Made by a program: the position numbers and the translations under genes. Shown here piece by piece: positions 1 through 13,391 of a stretch of 64,000 nt of DNA (position 1 is its first letter; each line of letters starts with the position of its first letter). The stretch comes from Eledone cirrhosa (lineage: Eukaryota): contig OZ024741.1 of assembly GCA_964016885.1 (NCBI GenBank), positions 115,010,001 through 115,074,000 of the forward strand. The letters run 5' to 3'. The notes beneath the pieces are model-generated. The model was not told the origin of the DNA and searched no databases. It saw only the letters and a list, made by a program, of their open reading frames with translations.

Positions 1-128
1 ATATGAATGTATATATAATGTATTTTGCAATACACTTTATGCTTAATTAAAAGCATTTTGAAGACCGTATGCTATCGTTTTAGAGTAGTGACAAACTCAC
101 TTACTTTAATCTCAGCAAACAAGGGGAG

Positions 129-178
129 ATAAGCTGACAAGGCCTTGTTTCGCATTTTTTGATGCTTATCAAGACTAA
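129..178 (-). ncRNA. Degenerate type I hammerhead ribozyme (U3-A8 core variant)
   Basis: Minus strand reads TTGATAA-GCAT caaaaa ATGC-GAAA-CAAGGCCTTG-TC. Stem II and the palindromic stem III are perfect; stem I is poor. Confidence 0.55.
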
Positions 179-265
179 CTACTCCCTCCTGCCTACTGAG
201 ATCACTGATGTTATATTCTTATAGAATTCTAGTAAATAATTTACTAGAATTACATTATACATACA

Positions 266-557
<292 letters not shown>

Positions 558-624
558 AAGGTTTAGTAAATAATGAAAAAGTTTCAAAATAAATTTTAAA
601 AAATTGACTTTACCTACTATAGTA

Positions 625-708
625 ACCTTTACCGATCGGTTTCGAATCCCAAAAATAAAACGGAGACCATACGGCCTTCGTTGCAAAGAGAGATTCTCGT
701 CAGAAGGT
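625..708 (-). ncRNA. Type I hammerhead ribozyme, 53-nt stem II
   Basis: ACCTT-CTGACGA-GAATCTC...GGGATTC-GAAA-CCGATCGG-TA-AAGGT. Confidence 0.88.
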
Positions 709-1107
709 TCTTTTCATTCAAAGAATATAAAATTCCTGAATTTAAATCACAAACTAGCGCTATCAAAGACTGTTCCTGGGATGAGAGTGGATGATGTAGA
801 CCAGATTTATCAAGGGCCGTAGTAAAGATAGAGGCAAAAGGAGGTAGGTCAAACTAGCCACCGCTGTTGTCAGCAGCAGTCGGAATGACCCGGTTTGTTC
901 TCAACGTTTGTGGAGGTAGTAGTAATATGAAATACGTCCCTTCACGCACAAGGCGCCAAGGTACGCATGTATTGTCCAACCAAGTGCCAGTGTGGTTCAA
1001 TGGCGGGTTAATAAATTAACGAGCCAGAACAAATATAAACAAGGTTTAGTAAATAATGAAAAAGTTTCAAAATAAATTAAAAAAAATTGACTTTACCTAC
1101 TATAGTT

Positions 1108-1191
1108 ACCTTTACCGATCGATTTCGAATCCCAAAAATAAAACGGAGACCATACGGCCTTCGTTGCAAAGAGAGATTCTCGTCAGAAGGT
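1108..1191 (-). ncRNA. Type I hammerhead ribozyme, second tandem copy
   Basis: Same motif 483 bp away; stem III reads TCGATCGG (G-U pair). Confidence 0.85.
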
Positions 1192-1934
1192 TCTTTTCAT
1201 TCAAAGAATATAAAATTCCTGAATTTAAATCACAAACTAGCGCTATCAAAGACTGTTCCTGGGATGAGAGTGGATGATGTAGAACAGGTTTATCAAGGGC
1301 CGTAGTAAAGATAGAGGCAAAAGGAGGTAGGTCAAACTAACCACCGCTGTTGTCAGCAGCAGTCGGAATGACCCGGTTTGTTCTCAACGTTTGTGGAGGT
1401 AGTAGTAATATGAAATACGTCCCTTCACGCACAAGGCGCCAAGGTACGCATGTATTGTCCAACCAAGTGCCAGTGTGGTTCAATGGCGGGTTAATAAATT
1501 AATATTTTTGGGATTCGAAACCGATCGGTAAAGGTAACTATAGTAGGTAAAGTCAATTTTTTAAAATTTATTTTGAAACTTTTTCATTATTTACTAAACT
1601 TTGTTTATATTTGTTCTGGCTCGTTAATTTATTAACCCGCCATTGAACCACACTGGCACTTGGTTGGACAATACATGCGTACCTTGGCGCCTTGTGCGTG
1701 AAGGGACGTATTCCATATTACTACTACCTCCACAAACGTTGAGAACAAACCGGGTCATTCCGACTGCTGCTGACAACAGCGGTGGCTAGTTTGACCTACC
1801 TCCTATGGCCTCTATCTTTACTATGGCCCTTGATAAATCTGTTCTACATCATCCACTCTCATCCCAGGAACAGTCTTTGATAGCGCTAGTTTGTGATTTA
1901 AATTCAGGAATTTTATATTCTTTGAATGAAAAGA

Positions 1935-2018
1935 ACCTTCTGACGAGAATCTCTCTTTGCAACGAAGGCCGTATGGTCTCCGTTTTATTTTTGGGATTCG
2001 AAACCGATCGGTAAAGGT
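1935..2018 (+). ncRNA. Type I hammerhead ribozyme, inverted copy
   Basis: ACCTT CTGACGA ... GAAA CCGATCGG TA AAGGT on the plus strand. A 3'-half-only copy lies at 1503-1535. Confidence 0.88.
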
Positions 2019-2197
2019 AACTATAGTAGGTAAAGTCAATTTTTTAAAATTTATTTTGAAACTTTTTCATTATTTACTAAACCTTGTTTATATTTGTTCT
2101 AGCTCGTTAATTTATTAACCCGCCATTGAACCACACTGGCACTTGGTTGGACAATACATGCGTACCTTGGCGCCTTGTGCGTGAAGGGACGTATTTC

Positions 2198-2610
<413 letters not shown>

Positions 2611-2953
2611 AGTAATAATAATAAATCTGAAGACTAAAATCCAAAGGGGGCTCGATAAGGATAAATATATATCAAATATATAAGAACCGTAGAGCAAATA
2701 TTTATTAAAATAACAGATTAAAGTTTAAGCAAAGAATCGCTGCTTTCACCCTTAACGGGATCTTCTAAAACTAACAAAGTCAATCTGTAAACGCAGAGCT
2801 GGATATTTCAAAATACGTTGCAACCGGAGGAAGACAGGAAGACGATACTTTGGTTCGTGGAAACGTTCGCTGGGAAAGAACGGGAAAGAACGAATAATAC
2901 GTCATTAATAGGAGCGGTGAAAATCAATTACGCGCAAAGACAGAACCACGTTT

Positions 2954-3460
2954 TGTAGGAATCGGGCTGATTGCCCCCTATCCGGGAAATGCCTCTCTAG
3001 TAACATTGTCTACAAATGTAAGGTTGTAACACCCACGTCTCGTAGGGCCTACATAGGATTAACCGCCAATAGTTTCAAGCAGCGTCTTTACATGCATACC
3101 CATTCTTTTCGTTACCCTCTAAGAAGGAATATGACGTCACTTTCAGCTTATATCTGGAGTTTAAAAGACAACTACACCCAATATAAGTTACACTGGGAGA
3201 TCCTAGCTAGGGCTAGATCGTATAACGGTAATAAAAGAACATGTGACCTCTGCGCAGATGAGGCCCGGGAAATACTCTACGCCACAGACCACATCTTAAG
3301 CAAAAAATCTGAGGCAATTTCGGCTTGTAAACATAAATTGCACAAAACTTTCCTGTATTACAGCCCCACGGATAGTACGATCTATACGTGGATATTTTAC
3401 GTCTTGATGTGGGAGCTTAGTATATGTTTTGTTTATTCCTTTACTTATTTGCATAGGTAA
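2954..3460 (+). pseudogene. PLE GIY-YIG endonuclease C-terminal fragment (Naiad-like)
   Basis: Open frame CRNRADCPLSGKCLSSNIVYKCKV...AYIGLTANSFKQRLYMH...SLSAYIWSLK...CDLC...EAISACKH. Confidence 0.88.
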
Positions 3461-4317
3461 GTATATATTACCCGTATGTTTTGTGAAGGTACGTATACCT
3501 TCTCGTACGTATATTTGATTGTTATGGCGTATAATTTTATATATTCTGGTACATATGGTTTGGCCATGTGTATACGGGAGTTTTGCGTCTGTGTGAGTAT
3601 GCAGGTTCGTACGTATGGTGGGTGTGTGTATATGCGTACTTCATGTTTTAGTTGACTTACGTCTCCGAAGATTCGTGTATTTATATGTGGGTATGTGTGT
3701 GCGCTTGTTATATACGTATTTATTTATTTATATACGTTTATATAATTATTTATTTATTTGTATACACGCATACACACACACATATTTATATGGGCGTGGT
3801 TTTGTATACCTATGGTAAGTTTTTGCGTATGCTTGTGTATGTACGTATTTGTTTGCGTGTATGTATTTATTTATTTCTATTACTTCTGTATTGTATTTAT
3901 TTACTTTGTTCTTAACTCTGTATTGTTCTTAACTCTGTAGCGGAGATTCATTTGGTCTCCCAGTTAGAATTTTAGTCTACGACTTCTGCTATACCATTTA
4001 CGTGGTTGTGTCTTTGCGTGCTATTGTTCTCCACGCTCCACATATGACGTATTATCTTCGTTTTTTCGTTCATTGACAGAAAACGTCTCTATGCACCACC
4101 TAAGAGAACATTAGTCTATGACCTCTTTTATGCCATAAACGTGGTTCTGTCTTTGCGCGTAATTGTTTTTCACCGCTCCTATTAATGACGCATTATTCGT
4201 TCATTCCCGTTCTTTGCAAGCGAACGTTACCACGAACCAAAGTATCGTCTTCCTGTCTTCCTCCGGTTGCAACGTTTTTTGAAATACCCAGCTCTGCGTT
4301 TACAGATTGACTTTGTT

Positions 4318-4368
4318 AGTTTCAGAAAATCCCGTTAAGGGTGAAAGCAGCGATTCTTTGCTTAAACT
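4318..4368 (+). ncRNA. Hammerhead-like motif with U4A core (inverted copy at 2722-2772)
   Basis: AGTTT-CAGAA(A/G)A-TCCC gttaa GGGT-GAAA-GCA...TGC-TT-AAACT. Confidence 0.55.
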
Positions 4369-4387
4369 TTAATCTGTTATTTTAATA

Positions 4388-4417
4388 AATATATATATAT
4401 ATATGTATATATATATG

Positions 4418-4502
<85 letters not shown>

Positions 4503-4539
4503 ATATATATGTATGTATATATATATGTATGTATATATG

Positions 4540-4576
<37 letters not shown>

Positions 4577-4669
4577 GTATATATATATGTATATGGAATA
4601 ATGTTGTCTTTTTACTACAATATTTTCTATACCCTTCATTTATATATATGTATATATATATATATAATG

Positions 4670-4705
<36 letters not shown>

Positions 4706-4740
4706 CGTATATATATATATATATACGTATATATATATAC

Positions 4741-4791
<51 letters not shown>
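4388..4791. repeat. (TA)n microsatellite with a short unique insert
   Basis: Direct reading. Confidence 0.93.
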
Positions 4792-6120
<1,329 letters not shown>

Positions 6121-6174
6121 TAAAAAAATAATGAATAAAACAATGAAACAGTTCCTTATATTAAACAAAAAAAG

Positions 6175-6328
6175 TTCATCATTTAACGATCGTTTCTAGG
6201 ATATATATGTGTTAGAATTGGCATGCATATTCAACAGATCTATGTACAAAATTATACAAAATTATACAAACTATCAAAATTAAATATACATACCAACACA
6301 TATATATGCCGTCTTCAGAAATAATGAA
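6175..6328 (-). ncRNA. Type I hammerhead ribozyme with 115-nt stem II
   Basis: TTCATTATTT-CTGAAGA-CGGCATATATATGTGTTGG...CTAACACATATATATCCTA-GAAA-CGATCG-TT-AAATGATGAA. 3'-half copies lie at about 34907-35005 and 45473-45575. Confidence 0.82.
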
Positions 6329-6399
6329 ATATATTTATTGATAATAACAACAATTCAAAATTACAGGTCTGTTTGGGAACAGAGTTCAAATTGACCAAT

Positions 6400-6944
6400 G
6401 AAAATACAAAAATACAAAAAGTTTATACAGTTAGGTGTGTGTATATATGTAAGTAACTTCGTTCACAGATATGCTTAAAAATATATGTTCACATGCATAC
6501 GCATGCCAAAAAGATGTAATTAAATACAAAAATTCAAGGCTAATGTCTCTGTATGTTTATAATCTACAGATAAAATACGTATACGCATATAAACATACAA
6601 TTATAAAAAAATAAATATATACACACATTCATATACTCACACATATACGTACATTCACACACACACGCGCGTATACGCATAAACATACACACAACCACGA
6701 ACATACATACACACACACACCCGCACACACATATATATGTGTATATACTATTATCATAAGCATATGGACATTAATGCGCGCACATAAACACTGCCACACA
6801 TATTTAGATCCAGATACAGAAAGTAGGTGGGGGGGGGGGGAGAACAGGTCAGTATTCACCGGTGTCAGCAAACTGCCTATTTATAAATGTATCTATAAAT
6901 TTAGAAATAAAAAGAAAAGAAAAAGAAAAAAGAAATATATCAAG

Positions 6945-6986
<42 letters not shown>

Positions 6987-7297
6987 TAAACAAGTAAAAT
7001 ATAAAATATACATCGATATACATACATATACACATATATATACACATACATATATATATACATATATATACACATATATATATATATATATATATACATA
7101 CATATACACACACATATACATAAAACCGTACATACACATACATATACATACACACACCATATACATACACATACACACACGCATACATATAGAGGCACAT
7201 ACATATACACATATAAATACATAGACATATACACATATACACACATATATACATATATACACATACACACATACATATATATATATATACATTCACA

Positions 7298-7335
<38 letters not shown>

Positions 7336-7540
7336 CTACACACATATATAAACACACTCATGTATATACACACATACACATACATACCCACACATAAATA
7401 TATATATATATATATATATACATATACACATATATATATATATATATATATATGTATACACATATATATACACACATACATACACACACATACAAATACA
7501 CATATATAAAGATATATATACACATACACACACACATATA

Positions 7541-7593
<53 letters not shown>

Positions 7594-8004
7594 TATACAC
7601 ACATACATACACACACATACATACACATACATAGACATACATATATACACACACACACATACACACATACATATACGCATATATACACATATAAATATAT
7701 ACACACGTACACACACACACATACATACACATACATACACACATACATATATATACACACACACACACATATACACACATACATATACATATATATATAT
7801 ATATACATATACACATATATACACATACATATATATACATATATATACATATATATAAAAATATAAAGAAATAAAAAAATAAAAAAGTAAAATAAATAAA
7901 TAAATAAATAAATTAATACACACAGTCAGACAAATATGCACACACATACATATACATATATATATACATACATATATATATACACATACACACATCAACT
8001 ACAA

Positions 8005-8037
<33 letters not shown>

Positions 8038-8120
8038 TATATATATATATATATACACACACTCACATATAGATGCGCACATACGTACATATATACACAT
8101 ACACACATATACACATAGAC
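6400..8120. repeat. (TA/CA/TACA)n low-complexity tract, probably the 3' UTR of a minus-strand PLE
   Basis: Direct reading. It lies immediately upstream, on the minus strand, of the HHR at 6175-6328. Confidence 0.7.
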
Positions 8121-8208
8121 GTATACATGTGCATATGTTACATATGCACATGTATACGGTAACATATGCACATGCATGTGCATATGTTACCGTCATGTTG
8201 TTGTCTAG

Positions 8209-8436
8209 CATGTTCGAAAAAACGGGTCAGTACTATACGGACATGCTAGACAACAACATGACGGTAACATAGACAACATAGAAATTAGAATAATATCTAA
8301 ACATAGGAATGACCCAGCAGATAGGCAAATCAGAGAGGCCAGTGAAATAGAAATTAGAAGACCAAAGCTAAACAGAAAGAATGAGTGGAACAACAACAAC
8401 ACCCAAACAAACAACACTGACCTAAGAGAAGTATAA
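8209..8436 (+). pseudogene. GIY-YIG endonuclease C-terminal fragment of a PLE
   Basis: No-ATG open frame SVLYGHARQQHDGNIDNIEIRIISKHRNDPADRQIREASEIEIRRPKLNRKNEW, followed by an HHR-bearing repeat. Confidence 0.72.
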
Positions 8437-8694
8437 ATAAGTAAATAAAATAAAATAAAATAAGATAAATAAATACATACACAAGCACAATAACAACAAG
8501 CACATAAACACACACTAGTCACCCAGCAGACACAACACTATACACACTAGTCACACATCACACATAACACTATACACACACGCAAACGCATGCGCAAAGA
8601 AGACAAAATAAAATAAGATAAACAAACAAGCAAATAAATAAATAAATATATAGACAGACTGAACAAAAAAAAGTACGTAGACATACAACACAAC

Positions 8695-9024
8695 AGGAGG
8701 AACAATGAATATAACACCACTGACGATGTTGCAGATGTGCAACGAAAGATTTATGTAAATTATGTAAACTATATATATGTAAACTATATATATTGTATCT
8801 GTATTATTTTTGACCGCCGGTCAGTCAATGGCAACATTGAGGACCGAGTAAGTTAGATCGCAGATATAAAAGACAGCGAGAAGCGAAAACCAACCAAACA
8901 GTGAGTGTATTCTGTTATTAATTCTGGCAATATTACGCAAATATGACCCTCCCCAAGTATAACAATATCTGTTTCGACACACGATTTCATATAAAAAACC
9001 TCGCAAAACTAATTCATCGCCGCT
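8695..9024 (+). mobile_element. PLE pseudo-LTR-like repeat with partly decayed HHR (second copy 9825-10135)
   Basis: CTGACGA-T-GTTGCA gatg TGCAAC-GAAA at about 8720-8747. Two diverged copies, both ending in (TA)n. Confidence 0.65.
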
Positions 9025-9040
9025 ATATATATATATATAT

Positions 9041-9431
9041 GTATTCGAGTTTCGTATTTCTAAAGAAATACACCATGTTTATAGATAAACATTTAGAAAG
9101 TCGCAGCTATTCAAAACACCGGGGCCATCGCCCTCTGGTGGTTTCCAGCAGAAGCAAGGGGAAAAATCGTCGATGCATTTCGAACTTAACTGGTTCTCAT
9201 CAGCACGATCCCTCCCACTCTTGCGACTGCTGGACTTGAAAACAGGGGAGAACATATGGTTTTTCGTCTGTGTACATGAAGTAATAAGTTCGAAATGCAT
9301 CGACGATTGTCCCCCTCGCTTCTGCTGGACAACACCAGAGGGTGATAACCTCGGTGTTTTGCATAGCTCCGGCTTTCTAAATTTTATCTATAAATATACC
9401 GTATTTCTTTAGAAATACGAAACTCCAATAC
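9041..9431. mobile_element. Fold-back insertion (~145-bp imperfect inverted arms) carrying an HHR
   Basis: 9041-9187 is the reverse complement of 9286-9431. Confidence 0.8.
9165..9210 (-). ncRNA. Minimal type I hammerhead ribozyme
   Basis: GATCGTG-CTGATGA-GAAC cagttaa GTTC-GAAA-TGCA-TC-GACGATT, with one G.G mismatch at the stem I base. Confidence 0.8.
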
Positions 9432-9549
9432 ATATCTGTATACAGCTATGCATGAAGCTAAATCCCAATTCTATTCTATTATGAATTGAGCCAACTTATG
9501 CAGCTTCATATGCAAATGAGATTAATCACCTCATTTACACAGACGAGAA

Positions 9550-9584
<35 letters not shown>

Positions 9585-9691
9585 AGAGAGAGAATTACAG
9601 GTGAAGAGTTGGGCTGTGTGATTACTGAAAACGAAGGTTTGGAAGGTAAACGGGACGTAAACAAGAGAAGAAAACTATTCCTTCATCAGCT

Positions 9692-9727
<36 letters not shown>

Positions 9728-9738
9728 TTGTGAGTGAG

Positions 9739-9778
<40 letters not shown>

Positions 9779-10133
9779 TATATAGATATATAAATAAAGA
9801 TGGCGTAGATATATAATACAATACGAGGAACATAATAGCCCCACTGACAATGTTGCAGATGTGCAATGAAAGAACTTTGTGAGACTATATATATATGTAT
9901 TTGTGTCTACATTATATCTGTATTTTTGACCGCTGGTCAGTCAATCGTAAACATTAAGGACCGAATGAATTAACTGATATAAAAGACACAGAAGCGAAAA
10001 CCAACCAAACAGTGAGTGTGTTCTGTTATTAATTCTGGCAATATTATTACAATATAACCCTCCCCAAGTATAACAATATTTGTTTCGACACACGATTTCA
10101 TATCAAAAACCTCGCAAAACAAATTCATAGCCG

Positions 10134-10174
<41 letters not shown>

Positions 10175-10795
10175 CTCACTCACAAGGTTTTGATGAAACC
10201 AAGGCTAAAGCAGTAGTAGTCAAAGACACTTATCCAAGGTGCTACGCAGTGAGATTGAACTCGAAATCACATGGTACCGAAGTGAACTCCTCAGACCTGA
10301 AACAATGCCTACCTTTATAAGCCAAACATAATAATGCGCCATGTGTGTATGTATGTTTATCTATATAAATATGTCAATAACTGCTTAAAATTTATACGCA
10401 CAAACATTCACACATACACAAACGTATTTCCTATCTCAGGCATGCCGTTAAAATATGAAGTTCGCTTTCCAATTGCAAGGTCATGGGTTCTAACGATATA
10501 CCTGTCCCTGTAAATAGTTTTTCTCCAAAGTCACTCATACATTTAATCTTGTACGTCATTTGTACAAACATGTTTAACATTTATAAAATTATGTCCTAGA
10601 AATAAATAATTTAATTTATCAAAACGCAAATTTCTCAGTTTGTATTATTTTCCCTATATTTAGTCATCCTGGTATACTTGACATACCAATACTGGTCTCC
10701 AAAATTAAATAGATTTAACGTTATTGCAGTTATTACTAGTAAAGAATAAAATAACTCTTCTAGGAATTGAAGATTTTTCGTTTCTTTCATTAATA

Positions 10796-10960
10796 ACTGT
10801 TTCTATTTTAGGCACAAGGCCAGCAATTACCCAGTACATTACTGGTACTTTATTTTATCGACCCCGTAAGGATGAAAGGCAAAGTTAACCTCGGCGGGAT
10901 TTGAACTCAGATCATAAAGGGACGTAACTCTATGCTTCAAAGCATGGTGTCCGATAACTC
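10796..10960 (-). mobile_element. tRNA-derived SINE, family 1
   Basis: B-box GTTCAAATCC followed by the conserved core CTTTGCCTTTCATCCTTACGGGGTCGATAAAATAAAGTACCAG. Confidence 0.85.
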
Positions 10961-11899
10961 TACTTTTAGCACATTATAACGAAAGGTTAAAATAGTAGCA
11001 CTTTATGTTTTCATAAATTACTATTTGTTTAACAACCTAATTGCCCCTATCTGCTTGGTTTGCTTGTTTTGACAATTTCTCTATCTTTCCAATAATTGTA
11101 AATGTTGAAAATTATTTTTCAATAATACATATTATACGTGGCAAAATTATAAAGAGTGTGGTAATGACTGGTGTAGCAGTATCATTGTATCAATTTCAGC
11201 CATTAAAAAATAAAAATTGTGAACTTTCCGTCTATCATCTATTTTTAGTGCCAAAGCTTTTGACACATTTCGACTTGATTCTAGCACAGTTGCACTAGAA
11301 CGTTTTTAGGTACCGGATTGCCAGTAGTAATATGGAAATCTTGATCTCCAAGAAATTAATGATACATGTAAAGTTAATCTAACAGTATGTGTGTCTGTTT
11401 TAATGTCTAAAATAACTCTTCAACGATGTAATTGTTTTACTTTCAACAAATGGTCTAAGATCAATTAATTTGTCAAACAAGACAATAGTTCCATTTATAA
11501 TGATTATTAATAATGATTTTTACACTTGGAAGAATTAAAAATTAATAATATATTGTCTGGAACACAATACAAGCGGTAAAGTAATAAACACTAAAATGAG
11601 CATTCCAGTTGTAAATATTTCTTCACGTTTGTACCACTATGGAATATGTAACCGAATCAACCAGATAGCCACTATGCAGTAGATCAGCCGGCTGTTAGAA
11701 ATAGCAGTGAATTTTGCCACAAATCACATCACACCCTTTGCTTTAATTACATGGAAAATTTAACCAGAGATATAAAGGAAGTTTTCGCATCTAAAAATTA
11801 TATTTGGCTGTGGTGGTATTGGTAGTCGTTTCTACCGTTTGCATTCATTTTAATCCTCCCCCTCCTCCTCTCTTTGTTCAGCAGTCTTTTTCTCTCACT

Positions 11900-12150
11900 T
11901 CCAATCTCTCATCTTCTCCTCCCACTATTCTGCTTTCTTTCTTCTACACTCATTGTTTCAATCTCCTCTGATCGCCCCTCAGCATCTGTCTTCATGACAT
12001 ATCTTCATTTACTGCTGAGGTCTGCTACCAATGCTTTTCAACGTTGGATTAGTGTCATTCAATTTCATGTCACTCCTGAAAACATTCTTGTAGCGCAGGA
12101 ATGTCCTTCCTACAGGCCTAGTGACCAAATTCTTTTTTCCTGGAAGACAT
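11900..12150 (-). pseudogene. RTE-type LINE 3' fragment
   Basis: Minus frame VGRTFLRYKNVFRSDMK resembles the RTE C-terminal GRPxLRYKD motif. Confidence 0.45.
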
Positions 12151-12164
12151 ATACATACATAATA

Positions 12165-12555
12165 TGAATGAGTACTGGTGGAATGTTCCAGTCAAAAACT
12201 TAATAAAATAGAAGCATAACAGATCAGATATAGGGATATAAGACAGGGAAAAGGCATGCACAGTTGTGGATATCAGCTTCCCGGCAGATGCTAATATAAT
12301 ATTAAAGATTAGCGAAAAGGAGAATATCTATGCAGAACTAATGAGGAATCTGCAGATTCTCCACCCTGGCTATGCCTTCAGATTTATACCTGTGATCATT
12401 GGGGCTCTGGAATATGTTACTAACTTCCTCAGTAAAAATCTTCAGAAGCTGGGCTCCACAGAACCAGAAAGAACATGACTAGTTAGAAAGGTACAACTAC
12501 AATCCATTAATGGAAGTATAAAAATATGTAAAACATTCCAACAATTCTGCATGTA
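12165..12555 (+). pseudogene. Restriction-like endonuclease C-terminus of an R4/Dong-like LINE
   Basis: EYWWNVPV..KHNRSD..VVDISFPADANI..KENIYAEL..FIPVIIGAL..KICKTF with stops and frameshifts. Confidence 0.72.
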
Positions 12556-12766
12556 ATAACTGCATAAAAACATGTATAGATACACAACATGCACAGGTAC
12601 ACATATAACTCAAAATATACAGATCTATACATACAATAACATCCATACCTGCACACACACATGCACGCATGCAGACACGATGCATATCTACCTAGTTGAT
12701 GTTTACTTTACAATGAAAGAATCTTGTGTCTATGTTAGAAATCGACTCTCTGTTGGTAAAAATAAT

Positions 12767-12952
12767 TTTTTCTAATTTTGGCACAAGGCCAGCAATTATT
12801 CCAGTGCATTACTGGTACTTTATTTTATCGACCCCGTAAGGATAAAAGGCAAAGTTAACCTCGGCGGGATTTGAACTCAAAATGGCAAGGGCCGTAACTC
12901 TATGCGTCAAAGCATGGTGTCCGACCCTCTACCGATACTGCCAATCCACCGC
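12767..12952 (-). mobile_element. tRNA-derived SINE, family 1, with TSD
   Basis: Full copy; TSD CTGTTGGTAAAAATAAT at 12750 and 12953. Confidence 0.9.
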
Positions 12953-13391
12953 CTGTTGGTAAAAATAATGAAACCAGAAGAAACGTATGATGACTGCATG
13001 ATGACTGCAAGCTCTGCTAAGAGTATTGCAATCACTTCCCAGACACAGCTTTTCAAATCTGCTAGAGTCTTGCATTCCTTCGAACATTAACAACAACTAT
13101 ATATCTTCCTGGCCTGAGGTCTTGCATCAGGCTATATACATATATACATACACATTAAACATACATAGACACAAACATATACACAAACATACACACATAC
13201 ATACATACGTTCATACATACATACATACATACACTTGATGGCTGCCCCCTCGTGCACGAGGAAAAAAACAAAAAGAACATAATAATAATAATAACAACAA
13301 TAATAATAACGACAACAACAACAACAATAATAATATACACACATATATACATACACACACACACAAACATATCTACAGACACACACACACG

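Larger units (their letters stand above)
2612..4390 (+). mobile_element. 5'-truncated Penelope-like element with inverted pseudo-LTR at its 5' end
   Basis: About 2697-2953 is the reverse complement of about 4137-4392. These arms enclose a GIY-YIG frame and a GT-rich 3' UTR, and the element is flanked by (TA)n. Confidence 0.85.

Noticed and set aside
604-2039. Repeated 69-73 aa ORFs in the 483-bp unit
   Set aside because: Mostly non-ATG starts, no recognisable domain, and they overlap the ribozyme. They recur only because the DNA is repeated.
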